Below, piece after piece: positions 22,407-35,483 of a stretch of 64,000 nucleotides of DNA (the stretch's first letter is position 1; every line of letters starts with the position of its first letter). The notes under the pieces are model-generated. The model did no database searches. It saw nothing but the letters and a program-made list of their open reading frames with translations, and had not been told where the DNA came from. Location: contig QPGO01000059.1 of assembly GCA_008632985.1 (NCBI GenBank), positions 310,001-374,000 of the forward strand. Direction: 5' to 3'. Source of the stretch: Psammoneis japonica. Taxonomy: Eukaryota. The position numbers and the translations under genes were made by a program.

Positions 22407-25400
22407 CATTTCTGTGTTGCTGGAGGAAGAAGTGTGACTGTGCACAATCTGATGCTCAAGACTGACAGACTGTTTGCACAATCAGATGTTCTGCAGGACA
22501 TCAGACTGCTGGTGCAGTTGGATGTTCTGCAGAGAGGGTGTCTTCAACAGGGTGCCAATGCTCTGCAAAGAGAACACCTCCAATGTCACACTCCAGCAGC
22601 CACCAGCCCACTGGTCTTGAACACACCAAATTTTTGTCATGTTTGATGACTCTGACATTGTCATCATTTGAGACAGATTTTGCAGCAGGTTGGTTGACCA
22701 AGTTGTCTGACATGTGTGCCTGAATGCAACAAACACCCAAAACAGCAAAAACTGTGAATGTTGGTCATGTGTTGAGCTGAAGAGCTGCAGTCAAAGTGGC
22801 AACTTGAAGCTTGCGTGGCACTCCTGCAAGGCTTGTTCAAAAATCAAAAAGCTGGGATTGCCGCAAAGCAAAAAATCAAATCTCAAGCAGACACCAGAAA
22901 TGTTGTCAAAGCACGGTGAGCTCAAAACTGGGTGCAATGTCCCTTCTCTGTGGGGTAGCACAGCATCTGAGATGTGCGCACTGACTTTCACTCACACACT
23001 CAAATTCTGCAAATTTTCTCTCACATTGTTGATGATTTTCAGTTGGTTGGGTCTCTGTGGAGAGTGCAAGCACATCACACAACAAAGATGACAACAGCGC
23101 CACTCAATGTGGACCATGCTTTGACTGTGTGTTCAAACACGGTGGTTGTTGCTTTGTTGTGGATGAGGCTTTTCAGACTTTGGAAGATGTTGAAGCCATG
23201 GAATCTGGTGCCAATGTTGCCACCACTAAAACAGCCAAGCGCACAGTGGCTTTCATCAATGCAAAGGTCACAAAAGCCTCAGAAAATTTCAACCAAAAGG
23301 ACTCAAGCCTCAGTTTGGTGCATTTGCAATGGGTGTCAAGCATGGGAAGGATTTGGTTGCTGCAGAGATTGCCCCTCTCTCATTGAAAAGAAAAGTGTTT
23401 GGGTGGAAGATGGCTGGAAGCTTGGCCACATTCAATCTGGAGGAATGTGGTGTGCACATGGGTGTGCTTGTAACTTGCCTTGCTGGTGCTGAAAGTGGGC
23501 ATGTTGAAGGCACCATTGCATTGTGGCTGCAATGAGCATGGCATGTGTCAGCTGCTGCTTGTTGGCTCAGCATTTGACAAGGACAATCACCAGGTCCGTC
23601 GCATGTTGAAAGAGTTCTTGGTTGATGCCTTTGGGTTGGTTTGGATTTCCCAATTGTTGTGGTGCTTTTTGATCTTGAGATTGTTGTCAAAATGTGACAA
23701 AGAAGGAGAGAGCTCATTGAGCACACTGCTTTGGCCAAGAGCATCATCAAAGTGGCTCATCGTGGAATGAAAAGGCACGTGTCCATTCAAAGCTCTCATG
23801 GAGCAGCTCACAAAGACGTCATCCAGACTTGAGGAACTTTGGCCAACAAATGGTCAAAGTGCTTTTTTGGGTGGTGCTCGGGCATCTGTGTTGTGTGGGT
23901 GGCACACAAAGAGCTGTTTCTCCAGCAAATGTTGCACAAGAGACTTTTTCAGAAGCTGGCACACACATTTCTCATCCCAAGTGCATCATTTTTTGCATGG
24001 AGAAGCTCAGCTTGAGGCTGCAGTTTGTCAAAATGGAAGATTTCTGAGACAGCAAATGGTTTGCCTGGACATGGTCATGGCAGATGGGGCAGTTTTTTCT
24101 GGAGGTGACTGAGATGGTCAAGGAGATGACAGCAGAAGTGGTTGAAGCCAGTGCACTGCTCAGAGAGGATTGTGGTGATGCCGGTCTTGAAAGCAGCAAG
24201 ATCATGGGATCAAGTGGTGGCTTTGCCATGGAGTTCAGTGTGATTGCCTCTGGATGTGATGTGCACTTTGACAGGGATCTCTGTGTGGCAGGCAGTGCTG
24301 AAAATGTGAGTGTGAGTGACTTTGTGATGATGGGTGGCACAGCTCATGTGATGAGCTGGAAGGCAGCATGTGGGGAGCAAGTGAAAGCAAGCCTTGAGTG
24401 AAAGGCAAGTCAGCAATGGTCATGTCAGCAATGGTCAGATCAGACAGGACAAAATCCTGGCACCAGATTGCTCAGCGGGCTCTGGAAAAAGTGAAAAAGT
24501 CTGTTCTCTTGGGCAACAATGTGGAGATGAATGACAAGTTGCCACAAATCATGTTCTTTCATTCCCTCTTGCCAATTCCCGCACTTCTCAGTGAAGTGAC
24601 AACAAACTGCTGTAAAAGTGGCGGGTTGCTTTGGAGTTGTCTTCACTTTTTTGATGTTTTCACATGTTTTGGTGGCGAAAAAAACTGCCATTGAAACAAC
24701 TCATTCCCATGGCTGCAGACTGTGAAGCACAGCAAGAGACTTCCAGCAGCGATGCAGGAAATGCCAGTGCTGCCACCACAGCAGCTGCACAACTGTTGTG
24801 CTGTGAATGCATCATTGTCATGAGCACTGACAAAATGGCTTGGCACTCCTTTTTGGGATTGACACAGTGCGGCAAAGTCTGGTCAAATCAAGTGCTGCAG
24901 TTCTTCAATCACACATTTGCTTGAGGGTGACAGTGCTTGGATCACTTGTTCCAACAAAGGAACATGACAACTGTCATGCATGTCACTTGGCATGAATGAT
25001 GGTCAAATTGCGGTGCAAGTGAAATGAGCACAAGTTGAAATCATGCATGGAATGTTTTCATGGCAAGAAGTTGCCTGGAGAAAGTGACGTGGCTTGAAAG
25101 CTCAAACTTGCTCACAAACTTGGCAAGAATTTTTGTGCCATTCTCTGGCATGTGCAGATCTGAGGTGTCTTTCTCTTGGCACGGGCCCACAGCAAATTGC
25201 CTGTGAGAACATTCTTTTTTGTTTGTGCACATGTTTTCAATTTTGGTGCCTTCAGCCTCCAGTTTTTTCCATCAGTCTCCAATGCAAGTGCATGAGTGTG
25301 GCTGCACCACAGCTTGCAAGTGCCAGAGCTGCTGGAGCCAGGGGCAGCTGATCACAATTTTTTTGTTTGGGGGGTTGCTCCCCAGATTGCTTGCTTTTTG

Positions 25401-26203
25401 AAGGCAAGCACATGTTCCCCAGCCATCTTCATTTGTCGCAGTTCCCCCCATCAAAGAGCAGCATGTCATGATGCATTGTCTCAAAGTTGTTCAAAGCAAG
25501 AATTCAAAATGTCCCAAAGTTGGTCAATGCAAGATGAAGACAATGCCCGCAGGTGGTTGGTCAGTTGGAGTGTCAACTTTTGTGGTGAAATTTGTTTCCA
25601 TGCGGATGATGTGCAGATGCAAGGAAGAACAGCCACTCCAATCCTTTTGAGCATGGATTTGGAAAAAGCTCAACAAGCTGATTCCAGATCTGATTGCTGA
25701 TGGTTTAGAGCTCCTGTCCATCACACTGTTGGGTTTCACACACTGTCCCACAACAAGCACACCATGTGCCACATGGTGCAGCCAAGCTGCATTGACACCA
25801 TGTGGGGTGAAAAAGAGCAAGGTGTTGTGATTGTGATTGTCACTTTGATGAGGAAGCAAAAAATGTTCCAAACAAGAAGAGACAACTGCCAAGACCCAAA
25901 TGGGAGACTGGGAGAGTTGCAGGCACCAACAGTTGTTTTGCAGTGCCTGACAACTGTGTTCACTGCTTGAGTTGGCTCATCTTCTCTCTTTGAAAAGAAG
26001 CACATTCCACCACTCCTTTTCTACATCACACATGGTGTGTTGTCCACGCTGGAAATCAAACGTCATTGTCTGCATCTGCCATGGGAAAATTGAAACTGGC
26101 AGAAGCAAAAACAATGTTGTTCATGTGTGTGCATGTTCCTTGGACATTAAAAATTGCATCTGCAGCAGAAATGAACCCAGTGATGGGGCCATTGTAGACT
26201 CAT

Positions 26204-26520
26204 TTACACAGCGGTTGTGAGAGCTGAGAGCCCTGCAGAAACATCAGCAAACACACTGCTTGTTTGCATGTCCAAATGCGGCATGATGGTCAATGGTGCC
26301 AAGAAATCCAGTGCAGCCATTGAAGCAAGCACTGTTTTAAGGTGGTGTGACTGCTCCATCATCTTGACAAACATTGCGGCCATCAATCTACAAACAATCA
26401 AGTCCCATGGTGGCAGATGCAGTGTTTCTTGTTGTTCTGAGTGTTGCATGAGATGCAACTTAAAAATCCCACATTGTGTGCTGCAACAACATGCAGCTTC
26501 ACATGTCAAACATGGGGTGA
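26204..26520 (-). pseudogene. MYND-finger-like relic
   Basis: PCLTCEAACCCSTQC matches CxxCxxxxYCSxxC with Y>C (TAT>TGT). Confidence 0.35.
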
Positions 26521-28210
26521 TGATGTTGTGTGAACCTCAAGTGACCAGGAGGTGACAGCTGTTCAACCCGCCCAAAGCAGCCCACAGGTTGGGTTTCTTA
26601 ATTTGCCAAAATCAGGTGATTTTGCTGAATCTAACCAGCCATTCACCCCCACACTTGACAAGGACCAGCCAAATGTGCTGAGCACATTTTGAAGATTTTG
26701 GGGATCATTTTGCTCCAAATGCACAAAAATGCACCAACATGTGGAAATGTTCAAGGACTCACAGCATCATGCCGAGATGTTGCGGCATGCTCGCGATGAG
26801 CCAGCAACTACAATGGAGTCAATTGGATGGCTGCAACAACCACAAAACTCACTGACGTGTGCATTTGCAGCTGTTGGCTGCTCAAGGAAGTGGCAGCACT
26901 TGCCATTCAATCATTCAAACATGAGAGTTCTTTTCATCTGAGAGGAGAGAGAGAGCACACGCTCCAAAGAGACACTTGACATTTGAGCCAGCACTGCCAA
27001 GTGTGCAGCAAGCTTTTTCTTCAAGTTCTTTGAGACTTCAAAAAGTTTGTCCACCTCCTCCAAAGCTTTTGCTCAGTGAGATGTCTGTTCCAGCCAGCAT
27101 CTGCTTCCATCTCCTGCACTGCCATCTGCTCCACAGCTTCTTTCAGTGCCATGGCAAGACCTCCTCATCCATCTTTTGCTGAAGCACTGCCCAAGTCTCT
27201 GATGGTCCATTGTTCTCAACCTCTGACTCTCATCAGAAGTTGATGAATCACTCCTCAACCCTTTTGCAAGTCTCCTCTTGCTTTTGCAACAGCTGTCAGT
27301 GCTGCACCTGCACCCCTTGGCTGAGCAGTGGTGGCTTCTTTTTTGCTGGCGGCCGGGGGGGGGGGGGGGGGGGGGTCATCATTGGATGGTGGATGGTGCA
27401 ACCATGCCTCCTCCCTGTGCCTCTTCTTTGTCCTTGGCATGCTTGGCCCCTCTTTGCTCAATGACAGCAACAGCAGCATGAGGCCATGGGCAGTGGGCAA
27501 TGGATTTGTCAATTGTTGTAATTTGTTGACATTGGTGAAGAGCACGAAGTGCACATGCAGTGCAGCACTCCCCTCACATGGGAGGGAGACTGTGACATCA
27601 TCGATTGGCATTGCTTCTGTGCAGTCCACACACAGCCAGTTTCAGCATGCAAAGCCTGCTTCTGACTGCACTGCTGCCACTGGCTGGTGCTGGCACCAGT
27701 GGGGCCCTGACAATTGATGACAGAATGAAGCAGTGGGCCAATCACACACCATCCACCAGACCTGCCACATGATGTGCTGCTGCATGTGACCAACCCCTGA
27801 TGGTTGACAAGCACACACAGCAGGTTCCTGGTTCCTCTCTCTCTGGAGAGTCCACTCTGCTGCACTGGCAGAGCTCTGGAGTCTGCTCTGCTCTCTCCAG
27901 AGAGAGACTCCACAGTGATGGAGAGTTGAGAGTGGTGCGCGACCCCGACGAAACAGCAACAACAGCAGCGCCAACCCAAGGACAGCAACAGCACCATGAA
28001 AATGACCACTGTGCCTGTCTGATGAACATGCTGTGAGGGTCGCTGCCACAGAGTCTGAGAAGACAGAGATCCTGACATGGGCTCCTTTTTTGTGCCAGGA
28101 TGGTTTGTGTTTTGGGAGTGCAATGCAAATGCTGCCAGCCGACCCACTTCACAGCTTTCCATTGAACAATCACTCCTGTTGTCAATGTTTGGAGAAAGCC
28201 CAGTGAAAAG

Positions 28211-29432
28211 GTGATGAAGTTGAATCCTTGCCAAGAGACATTTGCAGGCATGTTTGAAAATGCCGCTGAACTTGCCAACTGTTCCTCTACGAGAATGGAA
28301 AGTGACAAGGGCACTGCAGCGAAAACCGCAATCTGGCCCATTGACATTTCCGTCAAAAATCAAATTGGTCAACCACACACAAGGAAAGAACATCAAATGG
28401 CCCATCTGCTCCCTGTGGGTGTGTCAAAGAGCACAAAGAGTGGCTTGGAGTGGTGGCAGCTGTGCTTGGGCTTCCAGAGTGCACCAGCATCAAGAACAAC
28501 TCAAAGCAACTGGGGGACACCTGAAACCACCTCTGGAAGTGAGGCACAAATTGGGAAAGGAAGGGAGGGTGGCAAAAAACCAAAAGCTTGTGCAAAAGGT
28601 TCAAAATCAGGGGAATCAGAAGAAGAAACACCAAGTTGTCAGGACTGCACTGGTGTGGTGCACTTTGTCTCCAATGAGGTGTGACTGAGTGGTGAAGAAA
28701 CACACTGGGATGGGTCAACTGCTTCTGTCATTCTTGTTCCGTGCATGGACTTGGTGGAGGCAAAAGACTGGGAAGGGTCAAGCACACAAAGCTCTTGTTC
28801 TGGCTGGGCTCCCTTGTGGTCAAGCACCACCAGATGCATGCCAAGTGTCTGACCCCAAAGATGTGATTGGACTGGCAAAGGACGCTCACAGGCACACAGG
28901 TTTTGGTGCAGAGGGATTCTGCAAGTGTTGTGTTCAAATGAAAGAACAAGGTCTTTTGCCAGGAGGCCAAGAGCATGCTCACCTTCTGTGAAAAGCACAA
29001 AATCTCCTCAAGACTGCTGTGTTGGCCCTGGCCCAGTGCATTGAGAGCTTCGCGATGGCTGACCTCACAAGCCTGCTGAAGGATGGTCAAGAGCTGCTGC
29101 TGAGGAAACGTGGCTTGGATTTGGCTGAAGAGGTGCTGGCACCCATGGAGTTGTGTTCAAGCAGAGACCATCATCTCAGGTCACTGCTCTTTGTTGACTT
29201 CAGGCCCCAACTTGGTGGGGAAGCCAGCCACCAAGCCCCAAATCCCTTGTTGTTGGCAGCCAAAGCGGGAAATGTCTTTGGAAGGATGACAGACTTTGAG
29301 TTTCTTGCCAGTGCTGCACTGAACCATGCAATGAAGACAAAGAAGACAGTTTGGGCTGCCTGGGTGAAGAACAGTGGTTGGCCACATGCCCATCACAGCC
29401 AGCCCCGCCACTCCCTGGAGTCATTTCTGTGA
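28211..29432 (+). pseudogene. Relic of an HNH-like nuclease-type gene
   Basis: Fragments in shifting frames: IWPIDI..AHLLP, TGVVHFVSN, HWDG..VILVP, HQAPNPLLLAAKA. Family assignment is from recalled motifs only. Confidence 0.3.
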
Positions 29433-31588
29433 CCTGACATGGGGACCGCTTGTCAGCTTGCATTGATGCTGCAGGGCTGACTTCACACTCCCCGCCTGGC
29501 GAACTTGTTTCGTGCTGTGACCTTGTTTGGGAGGACTTGATCACTCCTTTCCCACACCCAACAGTCGCAGCTTGTCATCTGGACATTGTGCAGGGGTTTG
29601 TGGTTGACCTCGTCAATCAAAACTCAGATGAGTCACTTGAGGGGCAATGTCACTTTGAGAGCAGACAACAATGCAGACCACTCAGCTTCAGTGGAGTCAG
29701 CTCAGGAATTGCACTCACCAAATCCTCTGGATCCCCTTGACAAAGTGTCCACAGTGTTCAGCATTGATGTGCTTCCAACCTGATGCACTTGCAATTGGCT
29801 CCATTCAAACCTCCCAAGCTTTTTGTTCAACAAGTGAGTTGGGCAGATGTGACAGTGTCCCTTTTGCAAAAAGACTGTTTTGATTTGCAAATTGCACCAT
29901 GCCTTTGCAGAAGATGGGTGATGGCGTTTCTGCAAAGTGTTTGTCAGGCCGCCTGGTGTGCAAAATGTAAACATCTTTCATTCAAAATGGCAAAAGCACA
30001 TTGGGGTCATCTTTGTGCTGTTTTTTGCCATGATGAAAGCTCTTTTTGCCACACTGCTGAAGAAAACACAGCCTGAGCTCAGGTCATGCACCTGCAGCAG
30101 ATTGACATGTGCGCGCACTTTGTGCTTGCATGCGCAAATTGCTGATGCAGAGAGGGCAAGAAATGGAAACTCCACTGGGGCCATCCTTCTCTTGTTTGAA
30201 ACAAGACCAACAACAGAGGCAAGGCAACCCTGAAAGAGAGGGGCGCTGAGTCTCATTGCCTCCCACTGTGCTGCATCTCTCCCTCGCTGCTGTCAGGGCT
30301 GCTGCAGTGTCAACCAGTGTTTTTCCTGGCACTCCCAACCTGTCCACCATTGCCAATGACAACCCCTCACATTTTGTGACCAGGGGAGGGATTCCCACAG
30401 TGCAGAGGAAGTGCAAAACAAGGCTGCCAAGTGTGCTCAAGCTTTGACCCAGGTGCCCATGATGCACCAACATTGCTCCAATGTCTCACCCAACATCCTT
30501 TGTGGTCAATTGTCTGTTGGCTGTTGAAATTGTTCTTGGGCACAAGACTCCTCATCTCATTCAGAGCAATTGTTGTGGGGGCTGTTGTGTTGATCTTTTT
30601 GTCGAAAACTCGGGCGGGGGTTGGTGTGCGCATGCTGGAGGAGGCTTTTTGGCAACATTGCTGCCCCTTTTGATCTTTTGCAATGTGTTGAGCTGACCAT
30701 TTTTTGTCTCATCTGGTTGTTTGCTGCCTTGCATTGTTGGCAAGGCATCCTCTGCAACACACTGCTGCTCCGCCCCTTCTTTCTTTGTGCCCAGCTGCGT
30801 TGTCTGGCAACGGACATTGCAGATCAGGGGAGGGTGCCAGCAAGCCAACTCTGCAGATGACAGTCAGACTTGGGTTGCTGAGTGGATGCCTCTGAGATCT
30901 TCTTTTTGCTCTCTCTCTCACTGATGCTCATGTTGTCAAAAACGCCCGTTTGCAGGAAACTCTTGACGCCATTGCTGGTGTGGCTCCCTGCTCTGATGCA
31001 TGGTGCAGCGACATCAGGTCAAATTGAGTGTCACATTTCTTTGATCACTTGTCCGGGTGGCAGTGCTTGGATCCTTTGTCCCAAATGGGGGCATGCATGT
31101 GGCATCGGTCAGTGCTGCTTCCTGCGGTGTGTGTGGGGGGGGTGACATCATGCTGGCTGGGGGCGCGAAGTCGAAATCACAACATGCACCCGGTACGTCA
31201 TGGTTCAGTAACAAAAGTCGCATGTAGAAAATGTATGATGTGTTACGTATGGTGTTTGGTTGCCATCCATCATCGCCACAATCGCGCTGTCGCGTTCGTT
31301 CGTTGCAGTGAAGCTCTCAACGACCTGCTGTACTCTCGCCGCAAGAGCTTCATATTCATTGACGTTGCGTAAAGGTCGGTGTTTTATATGTTTTTGTCAT
31401 GGTGTCGATGGTTTGGTGTTTCATCTTTTCGAAAAGCAGTTTTTTTGCGGCGACTCGATGCCATCTTCTGTTCGCTGTGACGCCGTCGTATGACAGACAG
31501 GCCTTGATCGTTTTGTTGTTACAGTTAGTAGTCGGCTCACTTTTTTCTTGCCGTTCCGGTATTGTAGTAGACACGCTCTATTGCAACC

Positions 31589-31969
31589 ATGCCTTATTCG
31601 GATCCCAAGTACCCAGTGGTCAACCCTGATCCAGAGGTTGATGATTGCATTAAATCTATGAGGTTCCGCGATTATGCCGTGTTGGCTGGTATTACCTCTG
31701 GTTCTTGGGCGTACGGCTACGTGATGGGAAAGCCGGTTCGCATGCCGACCGCCTCGACAGCTGCCGCCTTGGGTTTTACCTTTGCCACCTTTGTGGTGAT
31801 TCAAGACACACGCGCACGTCTCATGGGCTACAAGGAAAACGCAAAGGAGGTTGCCAAGGCCGGAGGCGTTGCGACTCCACCCATTGCTCGGCCAACACAG
31901 AACGAGCGATTCCCGACCGCACTCAAGGAACCCACAATGAAACCACTGGATTGGAAAAATTATCAATAA
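31589..31969 (+). CDS. Mitochondrial complex I accessory subunit, NUXM/20.9-21 kDa family
   Basis: YPVVNPDP..DY..two TM helices..QDTRARLMGYKEN, matching the YPVxD..DY..Q.S..RLMG..N family pattern. Confidence 0.85.
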   Translation: MPYSDPKYPVVNPDPEVDDCIKSMRFRDYAVLAGITSGSWAYGYVMGKPVRMPTASTAAALGFTFATFVVIQDTRARLMGYKENAKEVAKAGGVATPPIARPTQNERFPTALKEPTMKPLDWKNYQ

Positions 31970-32077
31970 ACAAGGAAAGCAAGACTTTTGTTTTCAACAG
32001 TTACACAGCACGCAGTAAATAATAGTCGTTCAAATAACGTTCAGAATAATCATACTACTGGCGTCTCTTGCTTGTTT

Positions 32078-33209
32078 TTACACCCTCGGAATGAGCCTTT
32101 CAAAATGAGGCCTTGCATTCTTGATGTTCAAAAGCGTTGCAGCCGTATGCACGGTATCATTGTTGTTGGAAACAATCACCATAATGTACGTGTTGACGGT
32201 AAAGGCGTCAATAAAGGCTGAGAATTTGGAATTGCGAACCTCCATGCCTTGAAACTGCGACTGAGCCTTGCCGCAAGATAGCTTGAATTGCTTGACAATG
32301 TTGGATATCTTTTCAAACCGATGGGCATCAAAGTGCTGGAGCGAGGGCGGAGTTGCGTCAATCTCACCATGGTCGGGAGGAGGAGACGCCACCTCGTCGG
32401 GTGGCTGTTGGGAAGCAGATGTGACGGACGCAGCGGAAGGATTATCGTCAGTTGCAGCCACTGCATCATCAACTCCTGTTTCTGGAGATGAAGCGTCAAC
32501 CTCAATAGCAGCAGTACCATTTGGAACAGAAGATTCCGCGTCTGCTGCGGCTTGTTGCTGATGCGCATGTGAAATCACCAAAAAGGTGGCCCGCTCAAAA
32601 AGTACCACTTCATCGGCGTCACAGATCCGACAAAAGTTGTTCAAATGAGTCTCTAGCAGACCAATGTTGGGATAAGATTCGTTACAATCTCGGACCACGC
32701 CTTGTACAGAGTTTCATCCCAGATGCTCGTTCCAAAGCACGCAAAGTTCTGAACACCACAACCCTGACAGGATGCCGCAATCTGCTCTTTACGCTCTTGC
32801 AAAATCAACTCTCGGTCTTCTTGTGCAACTAGATCCATCTTGTGTACCAATACAAAGATTCGTGCATCCGGCGAGTTCTCTTCAATCGCCGTCAGGACTC
32901 CGTTAAAGTGATCAAAGTCCTTTTCGGGACAATCGGATTCAATGTCAAAGACATAAATCAGCAATTCGACACTCCGAAAAATCGTTTCTCGATCGCGATC
33001 AAAGTATGATTCGAAAAAAGCGTCCTGACCACCACAATCCCACAAGTTGAGCACCAAGTCACCCAAAAAGCGAACGTGGTGGTGTTCGACATCGAGTGTG
33101 GGAGAGAGGCGTGTCGTGTCGCGAGCCAAGTAATTTGCAAAAATGATGGACCGCATACTCGTCTTGCCTGAGTGGGCCTTACCCATAAGTAGCACCTTCT
33201 TCTTGCCAT
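32078..33209 (-). CDS. RRAGA: Rag GTPase RagA/B (Gtr1); two apparent 1-bp deletions (~33206, ~32670)
   Basis: [83 protein letters not shown]. Low-complexity insert in the C-terminal domain. Confidence 0.93.
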
Positions 33210-33377
33210 GGTCTTTATTAATACGTTGTGTTACGGACGAATAAAACAAAGATCACATTACAACAGCGCTGTTTTAGGTTGCTTTCACGTTGTTGTGTTG
33301 CAAAAAAAAGTACGAAGAAGAAGATCTTTCATGAGTCAGTCAGATGAGATTCCGAATTCCTTTTCCAAAGCAGTGAC

Positions 33378-33432
33378 TGACGTCAGCGTCACTTAAGTAT
33401 ATGTGTGACGTCAGATCGGTCTCTTTCCCGCC
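33378..33432. promoter_or_regulatory. Two TGACGTCA (bZIP/CRE-type) sites and a TTTCCCGCC E2F-like site in a divergent promoter
   Basis: TGACGTCA at 33378 and 33406; TTTCCCGCC at 33424. Confidence 0.4.
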
Positions 33433-33587
33433 ACCACCAGAAAATTCTCACTTTTTCAAGGCGAAAGCAAATCGTTGGATTTCGACTTCGAAGCTCTCGT
33501 CGTGGCTCTGTTCAGCTGTTCCGTCCTCGTTGACCTTTGTAACGTTCTTGCCAAAATTTTTTGTCGAAAAAAAACAATGAAATCGCA

Positions 33588-33958
33588 ATGATCAATAGTG
33601 GTTTCGTGAGAAACAGTTCCACATGGGCGCGGCGGTTGGCACAACGACAAGGCAGCAGTATGACTCCATTTAGGTGCTTTTCGGGTGATGCCCCTAGTGA
33701 TTCTATTCACTCGACAGAGTAAGTGCGGAATGAGGCTTTAGTCGCGGCTGGATTTTATGTTTATCAAAAGTAACATTGTCGCCATCTAACGCAAATCAAT
33801 TCTTGTCGTCTACACGATGTAGCATTGCGTTCAAGCCTGCCGAAAGTGGATGGGGTGCCGGTAGAAAATACAACGACAATTTCGATGCAATTTTTGGGAA
33901 AAAGGAAACAAATCAAGAAACGCAATCCGAGTCGTCCAAAGACAAGCAGCAGCAATGA
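33588..33958 (+). CDS. Small (88 aa) putatively mitochondrial protein; exons 33588-33718, 33823-33958
   Basis: Arg/Ser-rich presequence ending RCFS. GTAAGT donor, CTAAC branch point at 33786 and TAG acceptor join to HSTDIAFKPAESGWGAGRKYNDNFDAIFGKK. Confidence 0.65.
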
Positions 33959-34685
33959 ATGTTGGCGCAAAGGCTTTAGACAACGGAGCTTTCTTGGAAT
34001 GTGGAAAGCGATGTATACAATATATTTCAGAGATAGTCACAGTAGGAAGAATACGATGATGCCAGAGCTGAATTGCGTTGTCCTCTGAGTCTAGACTCAG
34101 CTGGATTCCCAGGAGAATGCCACGAAACAATAGATCTACTTCAATTTACACAGCCTTTCTGTACTACACTTTATCAGTAGAAACAAAATAATGTCTCACC
34201 AGAAAAGAAAATGGATCCGTGGAGCGGACTCAAAATAGTTGTAAAACTGGGTTGCATCCACACGCGCCCTTAATTTGCAATGACCTGTCACAGGTGATGC
34301 GCAATGCCGATCCTCCCAAACTGAAAGTCTAAATCTTTGTTTACCGCTGCCACATGTACTGTACATACACACTTTTCTGATGAACTAGAAGCTAGAGTGC
34401 ACAGTAGACAGAGGTGATTACTAACTGCATGCATCATAGTGTTTCCGACTCCGACTCACGCACCACACTTGTGGGTAGGAATGTAGAGTCTTTTCTACCT
34501 AATTTGTGTACCAGAAACAACGTAGAGACGCACCCCACAAAAAATGGCGCGAAGGCAAAATTTCTCGCACCTTCATCATGCGGACAACGCACGGAGGTTG
34601 TGTTTGGCATGCAGTTGATTGTATCGCTGTCTATCTCTCCATACATATACATCCAATAAGCTTATCGCTGTCTCCTTATAATAAC

Positions 34686-35483
34686 ATGTCTTCTTCAGCA
34701 ACGGCTCCTCCAACCACATCGGCAGCTACGACAAGCAGCACACAAGAAGATCTGAAACGTCATCAATGCAGCGGCTTTCTGGCTGGTGACGAAAACGTTG
34801 TTTTCGTCCCGAGCTTTACACACGAAAAACCCATGGAGCTTTTATGCCGCACCAGTATCGGTCCCTTTCGTGCCGGTCTCGACACGGTTGTTCCGCTGTG
34901 GTTGGCTGTCTTGCTGCGTCAGCGAAACATGGGCCGCATCGTGCCTCCGGTGTGGATGGATGTGACGGTACTGAAAGGCGTCCTGGCCCACGAACGGGAC
35001 GCCTCCAAGGCTTCCTTTTCGAGCGAATTGCCCTTTCGTTATCAAGAAGTGGCACGCAGTATTCTGGCGTTTGACGATTTGGACCATGCGGCGGAAATCC
35101 GTCTGTTGTTACAGGATATCATGACGGTGCGTATGGATAAAATCAAGCAGAATTTGCATACGCTTTCCCAACAATCGCTTTCGCAAGCAACAACCTTGCC
35201 CATTATTGATGTGACGCATATTGGGTCTCTCGAGTTGGCAGTGTATCGGCCCTTTATTACTCGGGCCTTTCGAAATCATTTGACACTGACGAGAAAGGAA
35301 ACCAAGTCGGGCAACAACAAGCTGTCGTCGAGTGAAAACGTCAGGTCTGCGGCACGCCGTGCTTCTAAAATCCAACAGCAAGAGGCAGACAGTGATGATG
35401 ATGATGATGCAGAAGAAAGCGATCTCGAAACGCCAAAGCCGCAGCAACCAGTCCAGTCTCGGATTCGTCGTCGCCTCCGATAG
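34686..35483 (+). CDS. PSF2: GINS complex subunit Psf2
   Basis: FLAGDENV.FVPSF, IGPFRAG..VPLWLAVLL, IVPPVWM, LPFRY.E, LLQDI..VRMDK, IGSLEL...RPF. Confidence 0.92.
   Translation: MSSSATAPPTTSAATTSSTQEDLKRHQCSGFLAGDENVVFVPSFTHEKPMELLCRTSIGPFRAGLDTVVPLWLAVLLRQRNMGRIVPPVWMDVTVLKGVLAHERDASKASFSSELPFRYQEVARSILAFDDLDHAAEIRLLLQDIMTVRMDKIKQNLHTLSQQSLSQATTLPIIDVTHIGSLELAVYRPFITRAFRNHLTLTRKETKSGNNKLSSSENVRSAARRASKIQQQEADSDDDDDAEESDLETPKPQQPVQSRIRRRLR

Larger units (their letters stand above)
20150..31160. other. Block A: CpG- and TpA-depleted degenerate DNA with relic genes/transposons
   Basis: Hand count over 20701-21300 (600 bp): 4 CG and 1 TA, versus 11 CG and 11 TA in 300 bp of the gene at 10201-10500. 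Confidence 0.9.

Noticed and set aside
27355..27375. 21-bp poly-G run (another at about 54392-54404)
   Set aside because: Simple homopolymer reading as poly-Pro on the minus strand; length is unreliable and there is no evidence of function.
20150..31160. Dense overlapping Cys/His/Gln/Met-rich ORFs in all six frames (also in blocks B-D)
   Set aside because: Loss of TA removes TAA/TAG stops and Tyr codons, which inflates spurious ORFs; they are not credible genes.
32653..32698. Programmed ribosomal frameshift in RagA
   Set aside because: There is no slippery heptamer, and similar 1-bp deficits occur in several unrelated genes, favouring assembly error.
1..33209. Kaptin-like gene and RagA as a functional gene cluster
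   Set aside because: They are about 31 kb apart with many unrelated genes between; chance proximity is sufficient.
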